DNA of 64,000 nucleotides from a virus, in IMG/VR virus record IMGVR_UViG_3300025133_000038, positions 32,001-96,000 of that record. One strand, given 5' to 3'. A program made the position numbers and the translations under genes. Below are positions 7,387 to 16,061 of the stretch, piece after piece. The notes under the pieces are model-generated. The model saw nothing but the letters and a program-made list of their open reading frames with translations, had not been told where the DNA came from and searched no databases. The number at the start of each line of letters is the position of its first letter. The first letter of the stretch is position 1.

Positions 7387-7661
7387 TGGATGAACAAGAA
7401 CCAACGAAGCTCCTTTGTAAGACAGAGTGCCCAGGTTGTAAACAGGTTTGGTCAAGAGAGATTTGGCCTGAGATGCCTTTGGGTGTCATGGCTCTTACCT
7501 TGTGCCCTGACTGTGACGAAGGTGAGAAAGTTACCTTGATTGGTAATTCTAAGGCGTGGGATGATATTAAGTGGCAGCTAGGAGATATGACTGACGGGTA
7601 TCCCTCTAATAGAGGGTTTGATACCATTCATGTTCCAACTTATAGGGTAGACGATAAATGA
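7386..7661 (+). CDS. Zn-ribbon hypothetical protein
   Basis: CPGC and CPDC motifs. Confidence 0.65.
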   Translation: MDEQEPTKLLCKTECPGCKQVWSREIWPEMPLGVMALTLCPDCDEGEKVTLIGNSKAWDDIKWQLGDMTDGYPSNRGFDTIHVPTYRVDDK

Positions 7662-8014
7662 GTACAGAATACTACTTAGTATGTCCAGACCAAAGAAAAG
7701 TGCTGGAACTTTACAAAGAACATCAGTATCTATATACACTTAACAGTATTGATTGTTATGTTGGTGGATACGAGAGCTTTCTAAAGGATTTACATGCAGA
7801 AGATTGGTTTAGTCCTAAATATGATGCTGCTGCTATTCTTACAAAAGTAATTGCTTTTCTTAAGGATTGTGATGGTGAAGAAATACTACACTTGAATGAC
7901 AACGAGTGGATTGATTGGTGGTATGAGAATATTGCCCATCAATACGATGATACGATTGGTATTCCTGGTATGTCTAAGGCGTACCCAGATGATTGGACTG
8001 TTTATTATTGGTAA
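7658..8014 (+). CDS. hypothetical protein
   Basis: ATGA overlap; 118 aa. Confidence 0.7.
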   Translation: MSTEYYLVCPDQRKVLELYKEHQYLYTLNSIDCYVGGYESFLKDLHAEDWFSPKYDAAAILTKVIAFLKDCDGEEILHLNDNEWIDWWYENIAHQYDDTIGIPGMSKAYPDDWTVYYW

Positions 8015-8024
8015 AGGTGATTAA

Positions 8025-8192
8025 GTGGACGTTGGATTGAAGATTGAGGGAAGGGACGACTGTCCTTTCTGTGGTGGTTTAAAAGAGCTACCTGTTTGTG
8101 CTTGGTGTGAAGAAGGTGCTAAGCACTCACACTGTGATGACAGTTGGACAAAACCTTGTGAGTATTGCGAAGATAAGGAAGTGGTACAATGA
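8025..8192 (+). CDS. small Cys-rich protein (55 aa)
   Basis: CPFC, CAWC and CEYC motifs; overlaps the start of cca. Confidence 0.5.
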   Translation: MDVGLKIEGRDDCPFCGGLKELPVCAWCEEGAKHSHCDDSWTKPCEYCEDKEVVQ

Positions 8193-8875
8193 ACAAAGAA
8201 ATTAAATTCTACCAAGTAGGTGGTTGCGTGCGAGACGAAATCCTTGGGCTAAAGTCTAAGGACATCGACTACTCTGTAGTTGCACCCTCCTATGCGGCAA
8301 TGAAGCTAGAGATTCAGAAGCGAGGTGGAGAAATCTTCCTTGAGAACCCTGAGTTCCTAACAATTCGGGCTAAGGTTCCTGGTATGGGAGCTTGTGACTT
8401 CGTTTGTTGCAGGAAGGACGGTGCTTATTCTGATGGGCGTCACCCTGAGAGCGTAGAGATGGGTTCTCTTGAGGACGACCTTGGGCGTCGTGACTTTACA
8501 ATGAATGCGATTGCTAAGGGCGAAGACGGTAAGCTGATTGACCCTTTCGGTGGTCAGCGTGACATTGAGCGTCAGGTGATTGAGTCCGTTGGTATGGCTG
8601 AGGACAGGTTCCGAGAGGATTACCTGCGTATCCTGCGGGCTGTTCGGTTCGCTGTTACAAAGCGTATGGAACTGTCTGAGGAGGTTGAGCGAGCTTGCTC
8701 TAAGCTATACAGGGGAGTGCTTAAGGTTTCTGTTGAGCGTATTCGTGAGGAGCTACACAAGGCTTTCATGTGCGACACAATGGAAACACTTGGTCTACTG
8801 TCTCAGTATGGACTAGACGAGGTAGTGTTCAGTAAGAAGGTTGGCCTTCGACTCAAGCCTACACTGGAGAAGTAA
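8189..8875 (+). CDS. cca: tRNA nucleotidyltransferase (CCA-adding enzyme, class II)
   Basis: VGGCVRD..LG..SKDID, EDDLGRRDFTMNA, EDYLRILRAVRF and ERIREEL motifs. Confidence 0.93.
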   Translation: MNKEIKFYQVGGCVRDEILGLKSKDIDYSVVAPSYAAMKLEIQKRGGEIFLENPEFLTIRAKVPGMGACDFVCCRKDGAYSDGRHPESVEMGSLEDDLGRRDFTMNAIAKGEDGKLIDPFGGQRDIERQVIESVGMAEDRFREDYLRILRAVRFAVTKRMELSEEVERACSKLYRGVLKVSVERIREELHKAFMCDTMETLGLLSQYGLDEVVFSKKVGLRLKPTLEK

Positions 8876-8876
8876 G

Positions 8877-9242
8877 ATGGAAGTACTTGAAAAACTAAGG
8901 TTAAAAGAAGACAAACTCAAAGTTAGTTTAGCTAAAGTAGAAGGGCAGATTAAATATCAACAATCTTTAACTACAGTTACTTGTATTTCTCATTGCAACC
9001 ATGACTATGAGGACACTAATAAGAATGGGTGTGGTAAGACGAGTCAGATTAAAGACTTAGAATACATCCAAACCCACTGGTATGAAGACCCTTATAGTTG
9101 TATGGCTGGTGATAGATGGCATGAGGCTGAGGGGCAGTTCAACTGTCCACATTGTGGTAAATTAAATAGATTGTATAAGCGCGAAGAGATACAAAAGCTC
9201 AAGCATTTATTCAAATCTATAAGAAAGGTGTATAATAAGTAA
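8877..9242 (+). CDS. Zn-binding hypothetical protein
   Basis: Coiled-coil N-terminus, GCG and CPHC motifs. Confidence 0.7.
   Translation: MEVLEKLRLKEDKLKVSLAKVEGQIKYQQSLTTVTCISHCNHDYEDTNKNGCGKTSQIKDLEYIQTHWYEDPYSCMAGDRWHEAEGQFNCPHCGKLNRLYKREEIQKLKHLFKSIRKVYNK
9227..9237 (+). promoter_or_regulatory. GGTGTATAATA motif (class 2 promoter)
   Basis: Recurrent motif just upstream of tRNA-His. Confidence 0.6.
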
Positions 9243-9248
9243 TAGTAT

Positions 9249-9334
9249 GGTAGATGCGTCCGAGTTGGAGAGCGGAGCGAAGTTGTGACCTTCGTGTGCG
9301 TAAGCACTAGCGAGTTCGAGTCTCGTCATTTACC
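9249..9334 (+). tRNA. tRNA-His(GTG) with long variable arm
   Basis: G-1:C73 8-bp acceptor GGTAGATG/CATTTACC, loop TT-GTG-AC, variable stem GTGC-GTAA-GCAC. Confidence 0.85.
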
Positions 9335-9339
9335 CTTAT

Positions 9340-9425
9340 GGAGAAGCGGCACAGTATTGGTGAGGTGCAGCGGTTTGCTAAACCGTGGTCGTAAGGGCCT
9401 GTGGGTTCAATTCCCTCCTTCTCCG
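9340..9425 (+). tRNA. tRNA-Ser(GCT)
   Basis: Acceptor GGAGAAG/CTTCTCC, loop TT-GCT-AA, variable arm, G73. Confidence 0.92.
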
Positions 9426-9454
9426 CTTACATTAATGAAATAAAGGAGTATAAA

Positions 9455-9703
9455 ATGGGTCGATTGAGAAAAAGATTGGACGGACTAGAAGGACATGCTC
9501 ATAGTACTATGTCTAGTGCTGACGCAAAGATAGAGAGAGTCGCCGGTTTGGTAGAGGATTTTATCCTTGACCTTCAAGACGGCATGGGTATCACGCTAGA
9601 AAGAACTGGTGAGGATTCTATTTATGATTTTCTTATTGGTAGGGTTGATAAGCTACCTCTCAAGGTAGTGATTGACATTTCAGAGGATGAACCAGAAGTT
9701 TAA
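9455..9703 (+). CDS. hypothetical protein
   Basis: AAGGAG RBS before ATG 9455. Confidence 0.7.
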   Translation: MGRLRKRLDGLEGHAHSTMSSADAKIERVAGLVEDFILDLQDGMGITLERTGEDSIYDFLIGRVDKLPLKVVIDISEDEPEV

Positions 9704-9727
9704 TCAAATTCCATCTACTAATTTAAT

Positions 9728-9759
9728 AGGGACGCTGTAATGGTGTCCCTTTTCTTTTT
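9728..9759 (+). terminator. intrinsic terminator
   Basis: AGGGACGCT-GTAAT-GGTGTCCCT followed by a T-tract. Confidence 0.75.
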
Positions 9760-9774
9760 GTATAGGTTCAAACG

Positions 9775-10260
9775 ATGAACGAAAAAGAAGATGTTGTAGG
9801 TAAGCGTAGGACTAACCTTCTACGCCACATTGACAACGTAAGAAACAACTGCATTTTATTGTCAGCAAAACTCATTGAGAATGGAGAGATTGAGTTGGGC
9901 CATCAGCTAATAGCTAAGGGCTACGGTCACGACCAATCAAAATTCTATGGTATAGAGTGGACCTATCTTAATGAAGAAGCTAGGGAGAAATACCCCGACT
10001 TGTTTAAGGCAGCGCTCCTACAGCACGTTAGCGGCAACCGCCATCACCCAGAGGCATGGGCTGGTGGTATTAAGCAGATGGACAGGCTACACAGAGCAGA
10101 GATGGTATGTGACTGGGCCGCGCGTTCCTCAGAGTTTGGTAAAGACCTAAGGGAATGGATAAAAAAAGAAGCTACCAAACGCTTCGACTTCTCATTACAA
10201 AGCGGTGCCTACAAAGAGATTAAGGGGTTGGTTGATATGCTCCTAGATAACTCATTCTAA
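9775..10260 (+). CDS. HD-domain protein (DUF5662-like)
   Basis: H...HDQSKF...H...NRHHPE...EMVCDW. Confidence 0.8.
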   Translation: MNEKEDVVGKRRTNLLRHIDNVRNNCILLSAKLIENGEIELGHQLIAKGYGHDQSKFYGIEWTYLNEEAREKYPDLFKAALLQHVSGNRHHPEAWAGGIKQMDRLHRAEMVCDWAARSSEFGKDLREWIKKEATKRFDFSLQSGAYKEIKGLVDMLLDNSF

Positions 10261-10284
10261 ACCCCCTCTGGGGGTCTTTCTTTT
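10260..10284 (+). terminator. intrinsic terminator
   Basis: ACCCCC-TCT-GGGGGT then T-rich tail. Confidence 0.6.
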
Positions 10285-10307
10285 CCTGCAAAAATTTCTT
10301 CTGCCCC

Positions 10308-10335
10308 TTGACAGGGAGCGTCTATCGTCTATAAT
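10308..10335 (+). promoter_or_regulatory. sigma70-type promoter
   Basis: TTGACA-N16-TATAAT. Confidence 0.85.
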
Positions 10336-10356
10336 AGGTCTATCAAGGAGAGCGAT

Positions 10357-10899
10357 ATGAAAATACAACAACTCAAAATCATTCAAGACGAATTAAGAAA
10401 CCCTAAAGACATTATCCCTATGGCTAAGTTTGTAGTTGGGGGTGGTATCTTTTGTTTGGGTCATCTGGCTGAGTATTTAGATGTACTACCAAGCGAGGAC
10501 TTGCTAATAGAACTGGTCCGCTTCCCAGATGGTGAGGTATACGTCCATGATGGACACCACAGGGCTGTGGCTATTTACCTAGCAGGTAGGAAGTTCCTCC
10601 ATGAGGACGAGTACTACCTAGTAGAGAGAAGCTATGAAGACTATCAAGACATAGTCTTTATGAGAAACGGTTACTACTTTGGGTACGTCACCCCCTTTAA
10701 TGTAAAGAGTGAGGCTAGGTTCGGAGACATTAGTGCCTGGAAGCACCGAGTCAAAAACATTTACTTTGAACAAAGCCCACAACATGCTAAGCATTTAATT
10801 GAAACAAGACCAGATTTATATAAGAGGGCAAAGAAGTTCTCTTCCGTTGAGGAACTAGCAAATGAAACTAGACATTACAAAAATCGAACAGGCAATTGA
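10357..10899 (+). CDS. ParB/Sulfiredoxin-like domain protein
   Basis: YVHDGHHRAVA motif. Confidence 0.7.
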   Translation: MKIQQLKIIQDELRNPKDIIPMAKFVVGGGIFCLGHLAEYLDVLPSEDLLIELVRFPDGEVYVHDGHHRAVAIYLAGRKFLHEDEYYLVERSYEDYQDIVFMRNGYYFGYVTPFNVKSEARFGDISAWKHRVKNIYFEQSPQHAKHLIETRPDLYKRAKKFSSVEELANETRHYKNRTGN

Positions 10900-11983
10900 A
10901 GACGGCTGGGTTACAAAGCGTAAGCACCCTACTGCTGACTTGTGGATTCTAAACTACTCTAAGCAGACTCAGTTTGAGTTCTACTGGGAGCCAGGAACTA
11001 CAATGACATGCCGTGGGCTAATTGTTGATGAAAAGTGGTCGGTTGTTTCACGACCTCTCGAAAAATTTTTCACACTAGACCAGCTTACTAGCATGAGAAA
11101 TAAGGTACACCACCTGTATGGTATGAAGTTTAAGAACATGTTCAAGGGTAACTTTCGATGCTTTGACAAGCTAGATGGTTCCTTGGGTGTCTTGTACCCA
11201 TTGGGTGACAAGGTGTGCGTTGCTACTAGGGGTTCGTTCGAGTCAGAAATGGCTGTTCGTGCTACTGAAATGTTAGAGGGGATGGGTCTAGCTGACCACT
11301 CTAAGTGGAAGACTGTTCATGGTGAGAGTTTGCTCGATGAAATGACTGTCATGGTGGAGATTATCTATCCAGACAACCAAATCGTTGTAGACTATAAGGG
11401 TGAAGAAAAGTTAGTCTTACTAGCTGTGGTTGACAAGAGAACAGGTAAGGATGACTGGTCTATGTACCGCATGTTTTCAAAAAAGTTTGAACCAGCTAAA
11501 GAGTTCTTCCACGTTCAAACTCTCGAAGACCTAACAGAAGAAGACTACAATGGACAAGAAGGTTATGTCCTAGTCTTTGACAATGGGTTACGAGTGAAGT
11601 GGAAGTACGAAGAGTACAAGAGGCTCCATCGTATCGTTACTGGACTAAGTGAAAACACAGTCTGGGAATGGTTGCGTGATGGTGTGGATATTAAAGATGT
11701 CCTAAAGGATGTGCCTGATGAGTTCTACAAGTGGGGCAAAGAGGTAGCATCAAGATTAAAGAGCAGGTTTAACGAGATTAACGAAGAAGCACACGATGCC
11801 TTTGTTAAGTACAATACGTTTAATGTTTCTCGTAAAGAACTTGCGGCTTGCATCAACCAATTTAAGTATAAAGGATTAGTTTTCTCTCTTGCAGACGGTA
11901 AGAGCATTAACCTATCCATATGGCAAATTATTAAACAGGAGATGAAGGATGAAAAAAGACATTCGCAACTTAAAGAAGGGTGA
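10862..11983 (+). CDS. RNA ligase, T4 Rnl1 family
   Basis: CRGLI, KFF, motif I KLDGSLG, ATRGSF, EII.P.N.IVV.Y, EGYV, RVKWK. Confidence 0.92.
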   Translation: MKLDITKIEQAIEDGWVTKRKHPTADLWILNYSKQTQFEFYWEPGTTMTCRGLIVDEKWSVVSRPLEKFFTLDQLTSMRNKVHHLYGMKFKNMFKGNFRCFDKLDGSLGVLYPLGDKVCVATRGSFESEMAVRATEMLEGMGLADHSKWKTVHGESLLDEMTVMVEIIYPDNQIVVDYKGEEKLVLLAVVDKRTGKDDWSMYRMFSKKFEPAKEFFHVQTLEDLTEEDYNGQEGYVLVFDNGLRVKWKYEEYKRLHRIVTGLSENTVWEWLRDGVDIKDVLKDVPDEFYKWGKEVASRLKSRFNEINEEAHDAFVKYNTFNVSRKELAACINQFKYKGLVFSLADGKSINLSIWQIIKQEMKDEKRHSQLKEG

Positions 11984-12548
11984 TATTGTCACCTTCAAGG
12001 ATGGAGAAACTATTGCGGATGTTCTAGCTGAAACAGGTAAGGCTGTTCTCGGCCAAGATTTAAGGGTCGAGAACGTCCTTACTATTAATCAGTCTCATGG
12101 TCTTGTTAGGTGGACTCGCGTTCATTTTACAAAGTCTGAGAAGACCCTAATAATTAAAGAGGTTGAAGACCTATGCGACGTAAGGATATGTTCTGCCCCA
12201 GAAAGTTTTGAGTGTGGAGACAGACAAGACCTTGATGATTCAGGTTGGTTAGAATATCTTTTTGACTTTGAGGAAGAGCAGACTTTAACAGAGCGTGACT
12301 TCCTAAGGCTCTTAAGTATGGACTATGATAATGAAGAGGCTGTAGAATTTAAGATTAAGGGCGGTGTCCTTTATGGTGAAGATAAGAAGGGTCGATTCTG
12401 CGGAGTAGCAGAATGGTCTGCCCTCTCTGATACTGACTACCCAGAAGTCATGGCGATTGAAATTGGTGGTGAGGACAGTGAGAGTGGTGGATACATTGAG
12501 TTGTACCAGGGTATTAACATGTTTGAAGAGGAGTATGAAGTATTATGA
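11949..12548 (+). CDS. DUF4178-like protein
   Basis: IRNLKKGDIV N-terminus and E..G....IELYQG C-terminus; adjacent to PspA. Confidence 0.5.
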   Translation: MKKDIRNLKKGDIVTFKDGETIADVLAETGKAVLGQDLRVENVLTINQSHGLVRWTRVHFTKSEKTLIIKEVEDLCDVRICSAPESFECGDRQDLDDSGWLEYLFDFEEEQTLTERDFLRLLSMDYDNEEAVEFKIKGGVLYGEDKKGRFCGVAEWSALSDTDYPEVMAIEIGGEDSESGGYIELYQGINMFEEEYEVL

Positions 12549-13255
12549 GTTTAATTGGAATTGTTATTGCTGTTGTTGCTGTGGGTATCTTTGCTGTATA
12601 CTTGTTCCCTAAGCTAAAGTATCGAGCCCGAGACGTTCAGGATGCTATCAATAATAAGCTATCTGACCCAGTAAAAGACCACGGGCATCAGATTGATGAC
12701 GCTAAAGATGCCGTCGTCAAGGCACAAGAAGAAGTTTTAGCTGCTATCACCTCCAACAAGGGGTTGAAACAAAGAGTTGAAGCATCAAAGAGGGAGATTA
12801 AGAGATACTCAGACCTATCTGTTAAGGCAGCTAGTGATGGAAATACTGAGGCGGTAACGACGTTCGTAAAAGAAAAGCAGCGCGCCGAGGCAAGAGCTAA
12901 GACATTTGCTCGTCAGATTGAGGCGAACGAACATATTATTTCTACTGTTAGGCAGCAGTTGGAAGTTCGTAAGGACCAAATAGAAGATGCTGAAATTAAC
13001 AGGGAGATTCTTGAAGTTCAGTTGGTAGGCTCTAAGATGCGTCAAGACATGGCTAAGTTAGGGTCTGGGTTGGGTGAGACAGACTTGGGTGGACTAGGTT
13101 CACTACAAGAGCATGTAAATGCAGAGACAGCAAGAGCAGAGGCTTTCGAGGAAGTCTATGGTAAGGCTGATGTTGACCTTGAAGCTAAGTATAGTCAAGA
13201 GGGAGACAGTGTTGATGATGAAGTGCAGAAGTTGCTTGCCGCAGCTAAGGAATAA
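12545..13255 (+). CDS. PspA/IM30-family protein with N-terminal TM helix
   Basis: DP..hairpin coiled coil, A..A...G...A, AE.ARAEA, VDDEV.KL. Confidence 0.8.
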   Translation: MSLIGIVIAVVAVGIFAVYLFPKLKYRARDVQDAINNKLSDPVKDHGHQIDDAKDAVVKAQEEVLAAITSNKGLKQRVEASKREIKRYSDLSVKAASDGNTEAVTTFVKEKQRAEARAKTFARQIEANEHIISTVRQQLEVRKDQIEDAEINREILEVQLVGSKMRQDMAKLGSGLGETDLGGLGSLQEHVNAETARAEAFEEVYGKADVDLEAKYSQEGDSVDDEVQKLLAAAKE

Positions 13256-13266
13256 GAAAGGAAATT

Positions 13267-13728
13267 ATGATAGGTAAACATGAGTTTGCGGAGTGGACTA
13301 GAAGAGTTCAGGCAATTATAGACAATATAATTATTCCCTGGGAGATACATCTTCTTGAGGATAAAATCTTTAAAGATACAAACGGTAACGGTAGGCTATA
13401 CCTACAGATTCAGTTTGATGACATTGATAATGTGACTGGAGAGGAAGGCTACAGGGCCTACTGTCGCAAGTTCTACTTGTCTCCACACATGACTACTCAA
13501 GAAGTTGTTCGTACTGCATGGAAGGCTTACGAAGCTGCCGTAATACATGAGGCTTCGGAAAAATTTAAATTCCTAGGTCAAATGATTTACGGCCCACACA
13601 TTAGCGTTGGTGCATTGGCTAGTATTGCTAATGAGAGAGACGTTCGTATTGGTGATGTTGAACCTACTAAACCTAAAATGACACAGGCCGTATTTGCCTG
13701 GGCTGAAGCTGGAGGAACTAATGGCTAA
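13267..13728 (+). CDS. conserved phage hypothetical protein
   Basis: RKFYLSPHMT..EVV.TA..A...HE..E.F...G..IYGPH. Confidence 0.75.
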   Translation: MIGKHEFAEWTRRVQAIIDNIIIPWEIHLLEDKIFKDTNGNGRLYLQIQFDDIDNVTGEEGYRAYCRKFYLSPHMTTQEVVRTAWKAYEAAVIHEASEKFKFLGQMIYGPHISVGALASIANERDVRIGDVEPTKPKMTQAVFAWAEAGGTNG

Positions 13729-14185
13729 GATATGGATTATGAGGGGGCTTCCTGGCTCTGGCAAGAGTACGAAGGCTATTAAAATTTGTAAAAATAATAA
13801 TTGGCCCACCATAGTAAGCTCAGATGACTACTTTATAGCAGGTGATAACTACTACTTTGACCCGATGAAGCTGGGCTCAGCACACCGCTGGTCACAATGG
13901 AAGGTTCGTCAGCTAATCAATGCTGGTCGAGATGTTATCCTAGACAACACTAACCTACAGTGGAAAGAGATGAAGTCCTACATAGTTAATGCTCTTGAGG
14001 CTGGCTACGAGGTAGAGATTGTTGAGCCTGATACGGAGTGGGCCTGGAACATCGACAAGTTAATTGAGAAGGGTAGTCATGGGGTTCCTCGTGACACCTA
14101 CGAGAGTATGATGGCTCGCTACGAACCGCTGGCTGACATACTTGTGAAGCTAGAGAAAGAAAGGGCTAAGTACGATGGATGCTAA
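13721..14185 (+). CDS. polynucleotide kinase-like P-loop protein (AAA_33)
   Basis: MRGLPGSGKST, SSDDYF, ILDNTN, HGVP. Confidence 0.88.
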   Translation: MAKIWIMRGLPGSGKSTKAIKICKNNNWPTIVSSDDYFIAGDNYYFDPMKLGSAHRWSQWKVRQLINAGRDVILDNTNLQWKEMKSYIVNALEAGYEVEIVEPDTEWAWNIDKLIEKGSHGVPRDTYESMMARYEPLADILVKLEKERAKYDGC

Positions 14186-14378
14186 CCTAAACATGTGGGA
14201 CTACTGGAGAGATAAGTACGGCCTTACTGAAGCTATTGAGGAATACTTTCCTGACTTGCTTGGTAAGAACAAGGACGTTCAGTATGGCATGGCTATGGTT
14301 CGTGCTGGAGAAGCCCTAATTGAAAAGACAATGAATAAGCTCGTCGCGGAAGACGATGCATTCTATGAGGATGAATAA
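14175..14378 (+). CDS. hypothetical protein
   Basis: 67-aa ORF within the operon. Confidence 0.6.
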   Translation: MDANLNMWDYWRDKYGLTEAIEEYFPDLLGKNKDVQYGMAMVRAGEALIEKTMNKLVAEDDAFYEDE

Positions 14379-14380
14379 GA

Positions 14381-14962
14381 ATGAAGATTTACATAACATC
14401 AGATACTCACTTTAACCACACTAACATCTGTGGTCCCGCCATCTCCTCATGGGACGGTGGATACAGACACTTTTCTTCCCTGCAAGAAATGAATGATACT
14501 ATCATCGACAACATCAATGCTGTCGTTGGTAAGAATGATGTACTCTATCACCTGGGAGACTTCGCCTTCGGAAATAAGAAGGAAATCCCTACTCTGAGAG
14601 AGCGTATCAACTGTGGTACAATTCACCTCCTGTATGGCAACCATGATGAGGCTATTGAGCATAAGTTTCCTGAATATCAGAAGCTCTTTGCTTCAACAGG
14701 CCACTATGTTGAGAAGCGTGTCAATAAGAAGAAGGTTTGTATGTTTCACTATCCTATTGCTGCGTGGAATGAGAATGGTCGTGGGTCTATCAACCTACAT
14801 GGTCACTCTCATGGTAACTTTAAGGCAGTAGGGCGTCAGCTAGACGTTGGTGTTGACTGTCACGACTTCAAGCCTCTGTTGCTTGAGGATGTGGTTGCTC
14901 AGGTCAGGGAGTTGGATGTTATTACTGTTGACCATCATACTAGGGAGACTAACTATGGATGA
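14381..14962 (+). CDS. calcineurin-like metallophosphoesterase
   Basis: SDTHF.H, HLGD, GNHD, HYP, HGHSH, DVGVD. Confidence 0.92.
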   Translation: MKIYITSDTHFNHTNICGPAISSWDGGYRHFSSLQEMNDTIIDNINAVVGKNDVLYHLGDFAFGNKKEIPTLRERINCGTIHLLYGNHDEAIEHKFPEYQKLFASTGHYVEKRVNKKKVCMFHYPIAAWNENGRGSINLHGHSHGNFKAVGRQLDVGVDCHDFKPLLLEDVVAQVRELDVITVDHHTRETNYG

Positions 14963-15137
14963 TATAGAATATGTTGTTGAATGGGATTTGTCTGCTGAGG
15001 CACTAACAAAAAGGATTAACTTAAGGTTAGGGTCAGGGTGGAAATTTCATGGAAGCCTAGTTTGCTCTCAACATCGTTTATATCAAGCTATGATTAAAAC
15101 TAAGGGGGATGAGGCTGACGAGCCGAATCCTAGGTAG
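14955..15137 (+). CDS. DUF1737-like small protein
   Basis: L...IN..L..GW..HG.......YQAMIK. Confidence 0.6.
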   Translation: MDDIEYVVEWDLSAEALTKRINLRLGSGWKFHGSLVCSQHRLYQAMIKTKGDEADEPNPR

Positions 15138-15247
15138 TGTGTAGGATAGGTGGGAGACTGAGAAGCATAGGCACAAGTCATGTGGAGTCGTTCTTGAAAT
15201 ACCACCCGCTACCTTTCCTTTTTTCTCAGAAAAACCCGTCGTCCCCC

Positions 15248-15275
15248 TTGACAAAACGGTTCCATCCCCTATAAT
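15248..15275 (+). promoter_or_regulatory. sigma70-type promoter
   Basis: TTGACA-N16-TATAAT. Confidence 0.85.
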
Positions 15276-15310
15276 AGCTTTATACGAGACAGGAAACAAC
15301 GGAGGTCACT

Positions 15311-15529
15311 ATGAAGGCTGGAGATATTGTTTATATTAAGTCTGAGCTAAAGCAAGGACATGTTGAAGGTTTCGAGATTACCAGTGAGTATAAAGCCACC
15401 CTTCCTCTCTATGATTGGTGGCTAAGAATTGAAAGATATGGGGAGCCGGATTCGTTCGCCCCCTACAAAGAAAGTGAGTTGACATTAGACCATGAAATAT
15501 ATAGTTCAAGACATGAAACTAAGCGATAG
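15311..15529 (+). CDS. hypothetical protein (SH3-like)
   Basis: GGAGG RBS; KAGDIV...Y.ESEL. Confidence 0.65.
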   Translation: MKAGDIVYIKSELKQGHVEGFEITSEYKATLPLYDWWLRIERYGEPDSFAPYKESELTLDHEIYSSRHETKR

Positions 15530-15674
15530 TCACCCAACTAATCCTGGGGAAAAAGTCTTTCGCCTGTTGAATCTCCACACCAGACTGCTGAGCCTGGGAT
15601 ATTACACCAGCTTTGATGCGTGTGTGAAGATGTGCCAGAAAAAGAATGAGAAAGAATCACCATTACCGTCTTAA
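15492..15674 (+). CDS. hypothetical protein
   Basis: 60-aa ORF. Confidence 0.45.
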   Translation: MKYIVQDMKLSDSHPTNPGEKVFRLLNLHTRLLSLGYYTSFDACVKMCQKKNEKESPLPS

Positions 15675-15714
15675 GTATCCCTTAGGATATTTTAGATACT
15701 TTTTGGGAGAATAA

Positions 15715-15724
15715 GTGTATAATA
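15715..15724 (+). promoter_or_regulatory. GTGTATAATA motif (class 2 promoter)
   Basis: Directly upstream of tRNA-Val. Confidence 0.6.
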
Positions 15725-15735
15725 TGATACGAATG

Positions 15736-15807
15736 GGGCGATTAGTATAATGGTCACTACGGCTGGCTTACATCCAGCAGCAGGGGGTTCGATTCCCTCA
15801 TTGCTCA
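15736..15807 (+). tRNA. tRNA-Val(TAC)
   Basis: Acceptor GGGCGAT/ATTGCTC, anticodon arm GCTGG-CTTACAT-CCAGC. Confidence 0.9.
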
Positions 15808-15938
15808 CTCCCGTCATTGCGGTGGCATGTTGCCGACAGACGTAAGATAAGCGTAACACATGCAGTTACTGGACACGACTATAGAAGTGTCTAGGTAGGA
15901 AAAGGGTTGGCTTGGAAACCGACTACGTCCTACCGAGC
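15808..15938 (+). ncRNA. putative structured RNA between tRNAs
   Basis: Stems GCATG/CATGC, CTGGACAC/GTGTCTAG, GTAGGA/TCCTAC and GTTGG/CCGAC. Confidence 0.5.
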
Positions 15939-15940
15939 TT

Positions 15941-16029
15941 GGAAGGTAGGCAACTATTGGTTCGTTGCGCTGGTTTTGAAAACCAGTTGTCGTAATGGCA
16001 GGGATTGGGTTCGATTCCCCCACCTTCCG
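15941..16029 (+). tRNA. tRNA-Ser(TGA)
   Basis: Acceptor GGAAGGT/ACCTTCC, anticodon arm CTGGT-TTTGAAA-ACCAG, variable arm. Confidence 0.9.
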
Positions 16030-16061
16030 CTTAATAAACAAACTTTAGATAGAGAGATAAC

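Noticed and set aside
7360-7387. Promoter for the ORF starting at 7386
   Set aside because: The -10 box overlaps that ATG and lies inside ORF 7231-7386; it could only serve genes further downstream
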